Assembly: GCA_000934665.2 (NCBI GenBank)
Contig: KZ538037.1
Span: 62,001-126,000 of the forward strand
Length of the DNA stretch: 64,000 bases
From: Catajapyx aquilonaris
Lineage: Eukaryota
Direction: 5' to 3'
The notes under the pieces: model-generated
Databases searched by the model: none
Told to the model about the DNA's origin: nothing
Seen by the model: only the letters and a program-made list of their open reading frames with translations
Made by a program: the position numbers and the translations under genes
Shown here: piece after piece, positions 49,532-62,890 of the stretch
Layout of the letters: every line of letters begins with the position of its first letter
Position numbering within the stretch: the first letter of the stretch is position 1

Positions 49532-52500
49532 TATACAATGGGAAAGCATGATACAGTAAGGTTGCTTCCAAATATAACACCGCTCAAGCGGGGCCTACAG
49601 AGATCTTGTGATATAATCTTATCTAGGATATTATTTGTTCAAAATCATAATTAGGCTTAATAAAACTGAAATATAAATTTACAGTGCGCGCGGAGATACC
49701 AACGACTGATTTTTATGGCAACGTGTATATAATCGGTGCCGGCTGAGTCTCTTTGGCTTACCCCATAATATTATAATATGAAAATATAGCCTATCGATTA
49801 TAATTATGATCATATATGAAAACCTAAAATGCAGAACAATTCGAGTCACATTTTGGTAAATGCTCCATTGAATTAGGCATTGCTAAATATACGAGTAGTC
49901 GTAGCCCATGTATCGTAATTTGCGATGTTCAATTGAATTTTGCAGCTCCCCATAGATTTTTTGGGAAAAATAATATCACAAAGGATAACGTCATCTCCAA
50001 ACTTTAAAGCCTCATATCTCAAAATTAGTCAAATGTGAGTCCGATTATTATTCGGGGTCGTTTAGGTCTTAAGAAGCTCTATATCTCACCCACTGTATAT
50101 GTTAATTAGTGAGAAATACATAACCATATAAGGGACTTTCAAAATAATGTGCATGTAATATATTTTGTAGTGTCACTTACGATCCTCTATAGTATAGACA
50201 CCTTTATGTAGCAATTTCGGAAGCTTTGCATTCTTGGTTACATCTTTCAGAAAATAGCATTCTTATTATTATCTTCTGCTGCAAATCAGTTATTCAAAAC
50301 ATTGGCATTCTTTTTCAAGGTTGCCGATAAGGGTAGTCTGCGTTAATGCGTTGTGGTAGATCTTCTGTGCTCTTGTACCACCTCCGTGAAGATTGTCCTT
50401 CCAGAAAAATACACATGCTGTTGAGCGTTATACTAGAGGCCTGAAACTATTAATAATGACTGATAGTGAATACCCAACAAATTATTTTTATTTACGTTCA
50501 CAAATTCCTTTTAAATTTATATATAGCTAGCTATATGGTCTGAAAATACTTTTGTAATGAATAAAGGGACAAATTGAAAACAATATCAGCCGGTGGGTCT
50601 TTTAAAGAGAAGTAAAGGACGCCATTTACAGGGTGCTTGGCGTCTTCTTTAAATAAACATTTCTTACTCTGCGGACTCACATCCCATTATGGCGTAAATG
50701 ACACCAGCAGTTTCGAAAAGGGAATACAGCATGTAAGCAAAAATTATTGGTAATAATATTTTTTGTGCCTGCATGGAATGAGAGTGGAGAAGTGCTGCTG
50801 GTTTATACAGAGGTATGCTTATTTGGATAAAGCTGGGCTACTTCTTCCCTTGTTAAGAAACGCCTGGGCTTGCTGATGCCAGACCACCGTCATGCCATCT
50901 TTGACTTTTTAGTTAAATTGGTACACTAATAAATCTGATTAACTACTGAAAAATACAATTTCATGCTGCACAATCCTCCCGTATAGCAATTTGCCTGTAG
51001 TATGTTTCACTAGTCTGTATAATATTCCTTGCTGTTACCCAAACCATCCTGTTATATACGTAGGTTTATAGTGTATAAATTGTCCAAAATAAGAAACATG
51101 AAAATGTGGCATTTCTTAGTTATGTTTTCAAGAGTTTGTGTGAGTTAGGGAAATAAAATATTTCTTACAAATCCTTGACGGCACAGTAAACCATTTATGC
51201 CCTCGATAGATGTAATTTTACTTATGCATTGCGCCTCAGTATTTTCTGCATGAACATAATGAGGAGTGTATAGATGCATTTGTGAGATACATCATGCCAC
51301 ATTTCCATGAAGTTATCATATTATTGCACCATTATAGAACTGTCAACAGGATTATTGTTTTACTTTTAGAGGGAGAAATATTTATTATATGTAAAATATT
51401 ATGCTAAATTCGTTAAAAAAAAACACGAAAAATGGTAATGCAGCAATCAAAATATTTTCCGATTTCCATACGACGACCGCTCAACAACCCTTTTTTAGGA
51501 ACCCAATTCGGAAGCATTAAATTTTAACTTCTGAATCCGCCCTGCCTATCGAACCCATTCCACCTGTAATAAAATTAAGCATTAATGATGGCAGTAGGCC
51601 TCGTGGGGTATTGGATTTTTCCACATTGCAAGATGGCAATGTATAGGGGAGATATATGCCTAATACGCCCTGTATTTCCGATGATGACATGATATCTCTA
51701 TTTATTACCGGCATTTAAAATTACTCCATGATCTACCTTTTTTATTATATCGGATAAGGATTAGTAGCAATGTTGCCATATGCACCCAACTTCTTTTTTA
51801 CTCTCCGATATATAGGCCTATTTTTGAAGCAAGGAGCAAGGATTCGATATAGCGGAAGGGGGACGCGTGTAGAAAGTATGCATCGTGCCGAGATTTTAAT
51901 CAAACATGATGGGCAATGAAAGTTAAGAAGCGCCGCTTGAGCCCAGAAGAAATCAAATTTCATGTTTGATGCAATCCCAAGTGGTCGTGAATAGAATAAT
52001 AATAAAAAAGACCAAAAAAAAGTGCACGGCGTCTTTGATTCATTGACATAGGTCGTCTGTCTGACTTGCGGCCTCAATCCAGACACATTTTTGCAACTAC
52101 AGTAGTTAGCACTGCTATAGTTGAACACCAGGAAATTGGGGGGGGGGGGCAAGGTTATGTTATTATAAAATAGTTTGTAATTCATTGTGACATAATGCAT
52201 CGATTTGCTCCCATGAAATATCTTCAACATACAATATCGGACTAATATAAATGTGTTTTGCCAATGTTGTAAATTATGGTGTGCGTGTAAAAAAATAGGG
52301 TCTAACTTAAAGGTGCTTTATTACTCATGAGTGATGCATCACCTGTATGCGAATCAAAGTTCATTTATTGTAAAATTGTGATATATACTGTAGAAGACTT
52401 ACCTCACTTTATGCTACTGCTCCTTATGCAACATAATTCTGTAATGTTGGTGGTAAATGCCCTTGTAGGTAGTAAGTTTTATTTAATGCGGGAGATATCC

Positions 52501-53260
52501 AAGAATAAACTTCCGCACTTTGTTCATCACTTATAAAAGAAAACCTCTAAGCACTGTTAGGGCACGTAAAAATCACCATCTTACACGATAACACACCATA
52601 AGAATGATCATTCATCTTTTTATCAGCAAAGCACTTTGTTTTTCTTTACTGTCTCATCACAGTGCACTTTAGTATCGGTGTGTTATCTCAAACAACTTCT
52701 AAATTGGTGCTTTTAATCCTCTATAATGCAAGTACAGCTAAGACACATGGTGCTATTTATCTCAGCATTGTGAAATGTCTTAGAATGTAAATGTGGCTGA
52801 AAAATATATTTGAAGGACGAATAGAACTAATTTATCCGCTTACTTGGTTATCTTTTTTTTTTCACAAACAAGAGTTTGCTATAAGTGGAGCAAAAAATTT
52901 GCATCAACGTTTATGCTATTAATTGTTGTCATGTTTCATATACGCCACTGTACAATTTGCATTCAATATTAAAGAAATGACAAGAAGCAAAAAACATAAA
53001 CACCCATACCTCGGGCCACATTCGGCAGTTATATTCACACAGTTGTACTTGCCTTTGAGTACTCAACCTACCTCCACCTTTACCAAACATCCGTCAAAAT
53101 TCGCAACTTATTTACATTCTCAATTGTTGAGCCCCAATATTTTGGAATTTTATAAACCCTAAACACCAGAACAAACCACCATCTCAATTTAAAAAAAATT
53201 GATCAATCTTGTAACTATTACAATCAAGCCACAACCAAACGTCCAAAACCTAGAAATCAA

Positions 53261-53504
53261 AGCCAATCACTCTGAATAGCTGCAAAAAAAAGGTGTGGGA
53301 AAGGAGTTGGCACCGAGTCGGGGCTCGCAACGAGCGCCATGTTGCTGGGCGTGAGCGGGAGACAAAAGTCGGGGCGGGCTAGGCCTGGCTGGGCTGGCTG
53401 TGCATGCTCTCCACAGCGGCTCCGACTCTAGACCATCACACCCGACGGCTGGACGACAACGACGCTTCCTGCATACAGTTCTTCGTCGTTTGCCGTCGGT
53501 AAGA
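53261..53504 (+). promoter_or_regulatory. CpG-rich candidate promoter with a possible short first exon
   Basis: AGCCAATCA (53261-53269), TGTGGGAA Su(H)/CSL-type site (~53294), GC box GGGGCGGGC (53371), Inr-like ACAGTT (53475) and donor CG|GTAAGA (53499). Base composition flips from A/C-rich to G/T-rich across the island. Confidence 0.45.
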
Positions 53505-56500
53505 GGAGTGTTGATTTGTTTTGAGCGGATGTGATGGATTTTTGATTGATTGTTGTGGTCCGGTGACAGTGAGCGCATTAGCGGATAGCGGGTTGGGGGT
53601 TAGGACTTAGTGTTGGTATTATGCTATCTCAACATGATAAATATTGAGGTGTTTAACGCTAGTTAGGCGGATCCGTCGTTAGAGCTCGATTGGGATGAAA
53701 AGCAGCTCGACATGTAATTATGCGGTGTAAGTGACATAATTGTTGAGAGCGATTTTGAATTTTAAGTGCCTTATAGCTGATTAAGGCGTTATCTTCTTCC
53801 GCCGCTTCAGACCAGGCTGCCGTGACTGGGTTCGTCTGCAGTGTCTGTTATTTTTTATATATCAATTTTATTACTTAATTGATAATCTGCTGGTTGCCTC
53901 ATTTTGAATGTTAAACTGTAATCATTATATTTGGCTATTTACTCGCGCATCTGAGTGCTGTAATTATTGCGGTAGGGCTGTTTTCGACGCATTTGCAGGT
54001 TGATGCAGTCAAATATTCAAAATTATTGTGCATTATCTTAATTGCGGATGATTTTTGTTATTACATTATTATAGCTGTTTATTGCCCGTGTCAGCTGTTA
54101 GTTTAGAATTCTTTCTCGCTGCAAGCAAGCTTTGCCGGTTTAGACATTCGAAATGCGTCCATATCAGTGCTGCATCTGAAAATAAAATGTAATTTAGGCA
54201 TTTGCAATACTAAATAATAGTCACAATGCAGAAAAATACATAAATTTTTGTATATTAAATGTGGAAGAATGATTATTTCGTATGAAATTGATTCTGTGCG
54301 GAGCCTAAATTGTGCCGTGCCGCAGCGCTTATACCACCGGAAAGAAACCTACCACGATATAACCCGTTTTAATAACAATGAAAACGTAATATACCCACAA
54401 AGTTTCAATATTTAAACGGCTACGTAAATACTGGACTTATCACCACATGTTTTAAATGCCTATATTTGATATGCAAGCTGGGAGTGCTTGAACTGAAGCT
54501 AACTTAGGAGCGTATATGTAACATTTAAAGTAATTGTTGCCATTTTGCAAGTACACCTAGGCGACATGTATGATTGTTGGAAATGGTGGCACACGAGCGA
54601 CGCATGAGGATTGTTTGGTGTGTGGATGACGGCATAAAAAAGAGTCCACAAAGCAGCTCCAGAAGTAGCCTGTTTATGAGCTTTGAGCCTACCGTCTAAG
54701 AAGGCAATAAAGATTAACGTGATGTGTCATGTCAAGCTGCGAACGACCATTGTTAATTCTCACAATGTCGGTCAGATGTCAAACTTGGAGAATCATGGCT
54801 AATTCTTTGCCACCTCTTTTTCAGTTGGCTCTCCTAAGTATTGGAGGGCAACAGTTTAGTTAGACCTTTGAACCAATTTAAGTTTGAGAAGGTGCGCTTT
54901 TATGTCCACTTTAGAAATGTGTGACACTTAAAAATAGAGAAGGTATCACTATGTATTTGTATCGAAATATCCCGCGTCTAATGTGTTGGTAAGCATTCAA
55001 GCTATATAGGCCCGCAATTAATGTTTAGTGCCTAGTACACTCGTTTACGAGACAGTTGCAGCTAATGTCGTTTTAATGAAAGTAATTAAGGCGTTAGAAA
55101 CTGGATAAGGATATTTTGGGCACCAAAATTTCCACCTTTTGAATTAACCTGGACACCTAACCTATTGATTGACAAAATATATTTTCGACACTCAGCAGTC
55201 AAATCGCCTTACCGAAGCCAGCTAGGGCGAACATGTAGATGAGGCTTCTACCGCAGTGCAGTTGTAGAAAGAAAGAGAAAAAAACGAAAAAAAAGTCTGG
55301 CTATCCCATGCATCCGACATGCATGCAGAGTTTGAAACCGGGACGACGAAAGGTATAAAGGGATTGATTTAACGTGGCGAAACGTAGAAGGAGAATCCCG
55401 GTGGCTATATTTCTTCATTCCACAATTTTCAAACCCTGGTTGTGCTTTCCCTAGCAACCGGCAACAACTTACCCACAACCCACCCACCCACTATACAAAA
55501 AAAAAACGACTGTTGCTGCTGGAATGTGTTGAGCCGCCGTCTCTCTTCTCCACGACCGCGCATTCCCATCTTCTTCTGTCTCTGCAACGATTTTCTAAGA
55601 TTAGAAAAATGTTGTCTAGCACTCAGCCACTCCCCAAACACACACTCCACCATACGTTATCGACTCAGAAAAAGAAAAAAAAATCCAAACCGTCTTCTTG
55701 AATATTTGTCCACACTATACATTGTTAACCAAACGAAAGTGTGGGTGCGAGGATAACTTGTACAATATTTACGCTTATTAAGAGTTATGTCATCGCTATA
55801 ATGAGTTAATAGCCGTTTAATGTAAGCTTTATGGATGTTTTACACTAAAAAAAAGGACGTGCACGTATTGACTCGTGCTCCCTTGGCATTCGACACGACC
55901 GATATAAATAATTCGAGCTATTATTCACCTGTCTCTTGACTGGTCTGCTTTCACGACAGTTCCAGACACTTATCGGAGGACAAGATGGCGTTTTACATCG
56001 CATTTAAGTGCTCATATCGTCAGCTCGGAGCATCCATATTATACTTTGACTATGGTCGTTGTCATGCCACTTTTTTTTCCCCCTCTCTACACCATGCGTG
56101 ACCACACCTTTGAATCTAGCAATAGTGCAGAGTACACAGCAGTGAATATTTGGTTCCCGTCAGCAGAAGGTTCCTGGTGACCTTAATGGCGGCTACGGAA
56201 AAGGCTATTTCCAGCCGGCGCTTGGAAGCGTAGCCTGGAAGCCCACACATCAACTTGTCAGGGGAGGAAAAGGGGCTTCAAAGTGAGGCCAAGCCCACTT
56301 AGAAGCCTCCCCCCAAAAAACTTTTCCAACCCTCCAACCTGCCCCATTTCAGTGTTTTCTTGTTCTTGAAGCAAAAGGCCCCTGCTGCTTCTTTTCTTAA
56401 CTAGTTGCAGAAAAGAGGACCCTTTTGGAGCACGATAAGGCCAAACTATCGTCGTTTATTACAAGCTTAATGAAGGCAAAAAGGAAAGGTCCAAATTTGG

Positions 56501-57471
56501 CGCCAAAATTGACTAGAAAGACTATTTTGAACCGGTGCTCATTAGTGGGTGAATCGCGTAGTTGGTGTTTTTTTGCGCTTCATGACATAGCACACATTAT
56601 TGCTGAAATGACCTTTAGCAGGCGGTAATTTAGCCGAAATATGCGTCGTTTTTACACGCACATAAAAAAGTAGCACTTTGTAAGCCTCAAGAAGCATAGC
56701 TGCCATGAGAGGTCACCTGGGTCAATAACAACACGAACACCGCTTACATATACGAGCCTGCAAGACACATTTTGCAAAAAAAATAATAATTTTTTAGCAC
56801 ACTACATCTTGCGAATCGCACCGAATTCGTTACTATTTTATTGCAACCTTCATTACGCTTGGCAGGCCTCCTTACGATAATTTTGGCACACGTTTTCTGA
56901 ATCAGTAACGTAAACGTGATTGCTCCCTCTGTTATGACTTCCCCCAGTTCCAACTAATTGCGGAGACGGGGAAGAATTGCGAGGGCTTTTGCGACTTCAT
57001 TTCGGGGCCCCACGGTTCGTTTGCCCAGACTTGCCTTCTCTCTCATTATCCTTTCGCAAACTGGAATAGGTGACCTGTTCCTAGCACGTCTAAGTCCGGG
57101 CGGGTTCATTCCATCAGTTAGGATTTTTTTTGTAAGGTTTTTTTGGTGCTGGGAACCAAATGGGATTCATTGTTGCTTGGTGGTAAACTGAAACCAGCTG
57201 GACCCTGAGGGGCATCAGGGACAGTGTGTATGCTCATGGGAGTGGGAATGTACTAATACATTTTCATAGATGATGAGTTAAATAAGAGGATTCAGAAATG
57301 ATACAATGTAAAATATTTTAAATTTGTGGTATTTGTGTTTTGAGGGCTTCTATCATTTTGAATATGCTAAATGTCAAGTCAATCTTCTTTACCTTGGACT
57401 TTGACTTTTAGTAAATTTTAGTCAATATTTTAGTCCAATTTGCCCAAGTTATGGGTGATCTGGTTTACCCT

Positions 57472-57544
57472 CATTTTCTTTCACAAACTCTTACATATAG
57501 CTCACATGTGAGCTATATGTAAGCTTGAGTTTGTGAAGAAAATG
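57472..57544. repeat. Spacer-less palindrome
   Basis: Perfect 34-bp palindrome CTTACATATAGCTCACATGTGAGCTATATGTAAG (57490-57523), extended by CATTTTCTTTCACAAACT / AGTTTGTGAAGAAAATG. Confidence 0.88.
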
Positions 57545-57936
57545 TAGAGTTGAGATTTTTGCTCAACGTAATTTAAATCATTGCTGTGTAAGACCATTTC
57601 TATTAATTGTGGCCATTTTGGGTCTAATAATGAGAAATGTGCAGTCAATTATCATAATGTCACTCGTGTTCTGTAGCTGGAATGCTATAGAAAATGTTCA
57701 CGGCTACCACTGGTGTTGTCCAGTGGTCTAACCACCAAAATATTCCATATAATATGTAAACATGAGAATAATTTTGTCATATACTGTAATAAACACTATA
57801 AATAAGAGAGGGTGCGAGAGGATATGTTCACATTTTCCACCACATCATACACGCATGTAATGTATTCTCACGTGTCCATCGTTTTTTCGATAGCTTCTTT
57901 AATACTGCATTTTTATATTGTATAGTATACAGACAG

Positions 57937-58273
57937 GGGGAGGCGGAGTGGTGCTGCGGTAACGTATGCGCCCAGTGATGTTAAGGTCCCGGGTTCGATC
58001 CCAGCCCGGGGACACCCCCTTCATCTCGTGCAGAGTTCAGGGTCACCTCTGGCTTCGTCTCGGGTGGTATTTCCACAGACTAAACCACCCGGGGGAGTTC
58101 ACTAAAAATGGCCACGTTTAAGACATTGCACTGCACCATGCACATCCTCTCCTGTCATCCTGCCCGTGGGCCCGGGCATTTCAAAAAATATGGTCTATAT
58201 GTACTACAAGTTACAATAAAGGTCCGTGCCGCAAACCCTATATAGGGTCAGGCACTACCCAAGAATTATTAAT
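57937..58273 (+). mobile_element. Full-length tRNA-derived SINE of a second family
   Basis: A-box-like TGGTGCTGCGG and B box GGTTCGATCCC, short AATTATTAAT tail, and a perfect 14-bp direct repeat TAGTATACAGACAG at 57923-57936 and 58274-58287. Confidence 0.9.
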
Positions 58274-61200
58274 TAGTATACAGACAGTGGTTACACTAGC
58301 ATGAGCTGAAATAATACTTAAAGGTTTTCTAATGCAAAACGTGTGTACCAAGGCATCTTTCGCACATTTATTATTTAGTTCCCGCGTGCTTTCGTTATTC
58401 TAACAAATGAGGTCGACATTTAGTACCCTCCTTTTTACATAGTTAAAACATTTTCAATTTACTTCTTATATTTGTGACCGCCATTTAAAATAAATTGCTG
58501 TTAATTAATAATTGCTCATTACGCATTTTAAAACCAAAATAGGCCGCATTTTGTGCAACAGCGGTATAGTTGGTGAGCGAGTCGGGGATATGTGATACAT
58601 CGCAGTGCATTTAGTGCTATTAAACGCGACAATCGGAGCCGTTCATGCGAGAACCGGGGGGGTACAGGGTGGAGGGGGTGTTGGAGGGTTAAAAAAAACG
58701 AAGCGGTAATTATTGGCAGAGATTTACGATGCGGCGGGCAATAATAGGGAGCGATTGCGATATGCGTAATCCAGGCTCAGCAATGGCTCCACAGGCCTAA
58801 CGCGGTTAACAAAACGGCGTTAACCGCCTCCCATTTGGGGTTATCCGATAAGCTCACCTGGCCTTTCACATTAATAATGCGGAGCGTTGGAGCGTGAATT
58901 TGATACCGCGCCCTTCCTGCTCTAGCCATGTAAAAATGTATAACTCAGCAATACCCAATGATATCGCCGAAAATCTGTAACATTTTGTACAATTCGGACC
59001 AAAATTCAGGTCTTCGTAGTACCAAGTGCAAGAGGCTACTTCGAGATTGCTGGCAGTTAGTTATAATGGCAGTCGTCGTCGACGTCGTCCCCTCTGGCAC
59101 ACCCAACCACCCACCCTGTATTCATGGAGGCAGACAATGGGACCTTTGGGATTTTGCCACGCTACACTCGAATCTTCCTCTCGGCGTGAGATTATATTTA
59201 ACGCGCGTTAAGTCTAAATTGTTGGCGTCTGTATATGCAGAGAACTTTGTTGGGTTGAAGTTGGGAGATGTTGGTAGAAGGTTTTAACTGGCCTGAATTT
59301 TTCTTTTTTTGAGAGAGGGGGTTGTTGTTGTTTTGTTCTGGGGGAGCCAAGGGGCTCAGGTGTTTGCCTCATTCTCTCAGTAGTTGGGCAGGGAGTTTTG
59401 CAACGTTGGCACCTGAGCGGAGTTTAACACCCGAATAAAACTGGGGATTTTTTTGTCAGGCCGATCCTTCCAAACATGATTGCACTACTTCCATGATAGG
59501 GGTATATAGTGTTATGTGCGATGCCACTGTAGGTTTAATAGTTATGACTAGTGCGTGTGCACTAAAATTGAGTGTACATTTATATTATTTGATTAAATGG
59601 GTTATGTGTTGCATGATATTGTTTCTGTTGTATGCAGTTATATTTTTAAAATGTTAATGCAACATAGCATGTGTCTCTGTTCAAAGTTCACGCGCTGTTA
59701 AAATACTTAAATTGACCTTTACACAGCAGCTTACTCATCATAATTCAATATTTTTTTTCCTCCTGCTGATTCCATTATGTCGGTAGATCAGGAATGCGAT
59801 GTTATAAATTATTTGAGTTAACAGTTACTATTGCTCGAAAATTAACGGGAATTTAAAAGGGTCGTCTTGTCACAGTCTTTCATCACCGGACACTGCCGCA
59901 GGTTTGACACCAGTTGGTTACCTTGATGGCGAGCAAAATCCGTCGCTCTATCTTGCCCAAGGGAACCCACTGTGAGGAATTTGTGGCAGTGCCCTGCGTG
60001 TAAATTAATGGCAAACTGGATGAAAGACCATAAAAGAAGAATGCATTATTAAATCTCCGCAATTTTGTGTACATCATTAAATTCACAACGAACTTCGAAA
60101 TAAATTCTCAAACTCCCACATTCCGCCATTGCAAAGTGGCAAGTGGGAAAAAAACCACAAATCTGCCGAACACAATACAAATATGCTGCGATCGCAAGAC
60201 GTTGGAAAGAACTGTTTTTCAGCAGACTAGTAACCGCGGTCATTGTCTTCTCAGGTGGACGCCGAGACTAATCGAATAGCATCGGTCGTAAAACAAGGAC
60301 CTCCAGATTCATTGTAGGTATCCATCTTCGGCAAAGAAAAAAAAAAGGTGGGGGTGGGGGACAAAAGGGGGTGGAGGAAGAGTCTCGTATTTTTCGCTCT
60401 CCTTGCTTTATGAGATATACAGAAGGAGTGTAGGATAGAGGAGGGGAAATAAATCTGGTGAGTCAGGGCCAGCATCTAAATTTTCATCCCTCGCCAACAT
60501 GTATGCATAACAGGCTTGCATGCTTCTTCGATAACCAGTTTATAAATCAGAAGTTATGTAGCTGGTGGGTTGAGAATTCTGTGGGTGCGCGTAGTGGCGA
60601 CCCCAAAGGGCCTTCCACCCCCTTCTCTGGACTCGCCTTCCCCCCCATTTATTTTTTTACCCTCTCTCTTTCCTTCAGGGGGTCGTTAACAAAGTGCATA
60701 ACTTAGTGCTCTCCATCTTGATTGCGCATGAATTATTATTTTGGTGAAGGCCTCCCCCTCGGTTGTTCCCTCCTAACTCCCGCCATTTGCATTCTCTGGG
60801 AATGCCTGCCTACATGGCCAGGAATCCATTTTGCCTGAGCCTCCGCCATCTTGGGGGTCATACGCTTTATGCTCACAATTATTTGATTTCATTGAGAACT
60901 TTTTCGAGGGGGGAGAAGAGAGTTAGGAAATGGCTGTGCCAAGTTGGGGCAAGAAGTAAATGGAGGCTGGGGAAGGTGTTGGTGGTGGTGGTGGTGGCCC
61001 AGCTTTGCTTCGGAATATTGGTGCGCGGGCCCCGCTGCTGCTGGCTTCAAATTAAACCTCCCTTTTGCGCCAACGGGTAATGAGTTCTTTCCGGCCTTCT
61101 CCTCCCGGAGTTGGAAGCGTTTGCACTGCTCGTATAACCATCCACCGCCAGACTCCCCCATCCCATTCCCTTCCTTCCCATCCCTTTTTCAACCCACCTC

Positions 61201-61445
61201 CCCTCTGCTGCTTCGCATTCGACCTAACTCCTGCTCTACGTGTCTCCCACAGTTTGGGCTATACATACCAATGCTTAGGCCTATATGCAACATACAGTAT
61301 TTCCTCTACGCTACATAGTTACTGGAGTTAGTATGAAGAGCTAAAATGTGGAGAGATCGGAGTCCCACGTGTAATTGTGTTAGTATTATGATACACGGCA
61401 TGTAATTTTAGATGGCAAAGTCTGTTTTAAAATATAGAAATTATA

Positions 61446-61700
61446 CAGTGCCCTGCAGAAATGTGTGCTAATGTGCCCTTCAGACTTGAAAAGTGCTCAT
61501 GTCTCAAAATACTCTGATCGTTTTGCATAACTAATTTATGTTGATCAGAGCACGTCATTGCATGTGCAAAGACATTCCGTGTTTGACTTATCTTATGATA
61601 ATTATAAATGTAACTCTTGTAATAAAAGAATAGGGAATTATATGGTGAAATTCTAAATTGTGATTTTGAACTCAACTTTTATCAGCTATGAAGCTTCAAA
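61446..61700. mobile_element. Possible Tc1-like end remnant
   Basis: TA|CAGTGCCCTGCAGAAA matches the Tc1 TA-CAGTG terminus and is followed by AT-rich DNA. No partner TIR seen; right boundary arbitrary. Confidence 0.3.
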
Positions 61701-62429
61701 TTTTCCAATTTTTTAAACACATGTTGTGCACATTAACAATTCGTAGCAACATTACATCATTGTCATGCCAATATTTGCAACTGGTGTGGTGTAAAAAATA
61801 ATCCGTGGCTGTTGATATTTTTTGTGCAAAATAGCTCTGCTTTAATGTTCCATTTATAACATCATAAATCACTATCTATTAAAATCGCGTTCCTGTCCAG
61901 GCTCAGTTATTTTTCCAAAATATTTTGGGAAATTATCTTCATCTGAATCTACTTATGAGCTTTAAAAATATTCTTATACCATCAATTTCCACATTTGCAA
62001 AATCTTTATCGTTCCATTCAACATTTCCAATGGTCCACTAGGAACAAGGCGACAATTAAGTCACCTTTATTACATTGTACAAGATATACCCTGATATTCA
62101 GGTAGTTGCGGGCATGCATGCGAAGCTCCTAGAGTATTTTAAAAAACACACACGGGTACAGCCCATGGCCTATAGCACAGTCATGTGCCATAGCCATACT
62201 TGTCCAACGAACAGATAGCACGCGAAGCGAATGAATTTTTCAGCCTGCACAGTGCAATAAAATGCAAAACGCTGCAGGAAAAGCAATTTTTCGACACCAT
62301 ATGTGCACCTGATTGTTGAGTTGTACGAGGGGGGGACGAGCCTGCCATTGTCCACGGGATGCTCGCAGATCTGATGGGCGAGGGTGTGTGGTGGGTAGGG
62401 ACGCATCGAGAGGGGTGGGAGGAAGAGAT

Positions 62430-62458
62430 GGGGGGGGGGGGGGGNNNNNNNNNNGGGG
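62430..62458. other. Poly-G tract containing a 10-N assembly gap
   Basis: Ns at 62445-62454; single Ns also lie in C/G runs at 18510 and 27115. Confidence 0.95.
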
Positions 62459-62729
62459 AAATAGCGGCAGCGAGGCTATGATTTTCCCCGCGCAATTAAC
62501 CCTAATTACGCCAACGATGCAGAGATACGTGCAGCCATAAATGGTAACGGTTGGCCAAGTCCTGTCATCCGTACTAGTCGCCCAGAAATGATCGAGCCCC
62601 ATTTTAATTGGCAGGCGTGAAGATTCAGATCCATCCAGCTATAATTGAATTTAGGATAATTATACAAACGCATTTTTTTTTTCAAACCATAGATTCGTAT
62701 GCTTAGCTTAGGGCTGGTTTCTGGGTGTG

Positions 62730-62890
62730 TATGCATGGCGGCGCTTTTCTAGCTGCGAATGGCCGGCAGCTGCGCTCGCTGATTGGGCGCCGCCTCAACC
62801 CTGCTTGCCTGATCCTCATTCGCCGACCCAAGCTCGCACCGCCCGGACAACATCACTCTCCGGGCCGCCGCAGCTGCTGCACATCCAACC
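62730..62890 (+). promoter_or_regulatory. CpG-rich island, candidate promoter/enhancer
   Basis: ATGGCGGC (YY1/Pho-like, 62735), CAGCTG at 62767 and 62871, reverse CCAAT (TGATTGG, 62780-62786), and Inr-like TCACTC ~70 bp downstream. Confidence 0.35.

Noticed and set aside
33081..51675. Further TACAG(A)GGGTG / CCCTGTA / CCCACTGTA ends (33081, ~50090, ~50627, ~51667)
   Set aside because: Probably old Tc1/mariner termini, but partners and boundaries could not be established, so they are not listed as features.
52397..55475. Isolated consensus splice donors on the minus strand (52397-52402, ~55467)
   Set aside because: GTAAGT occurs many times by chance in 64 kb, and no convincing paired acceptor or ORF was found.
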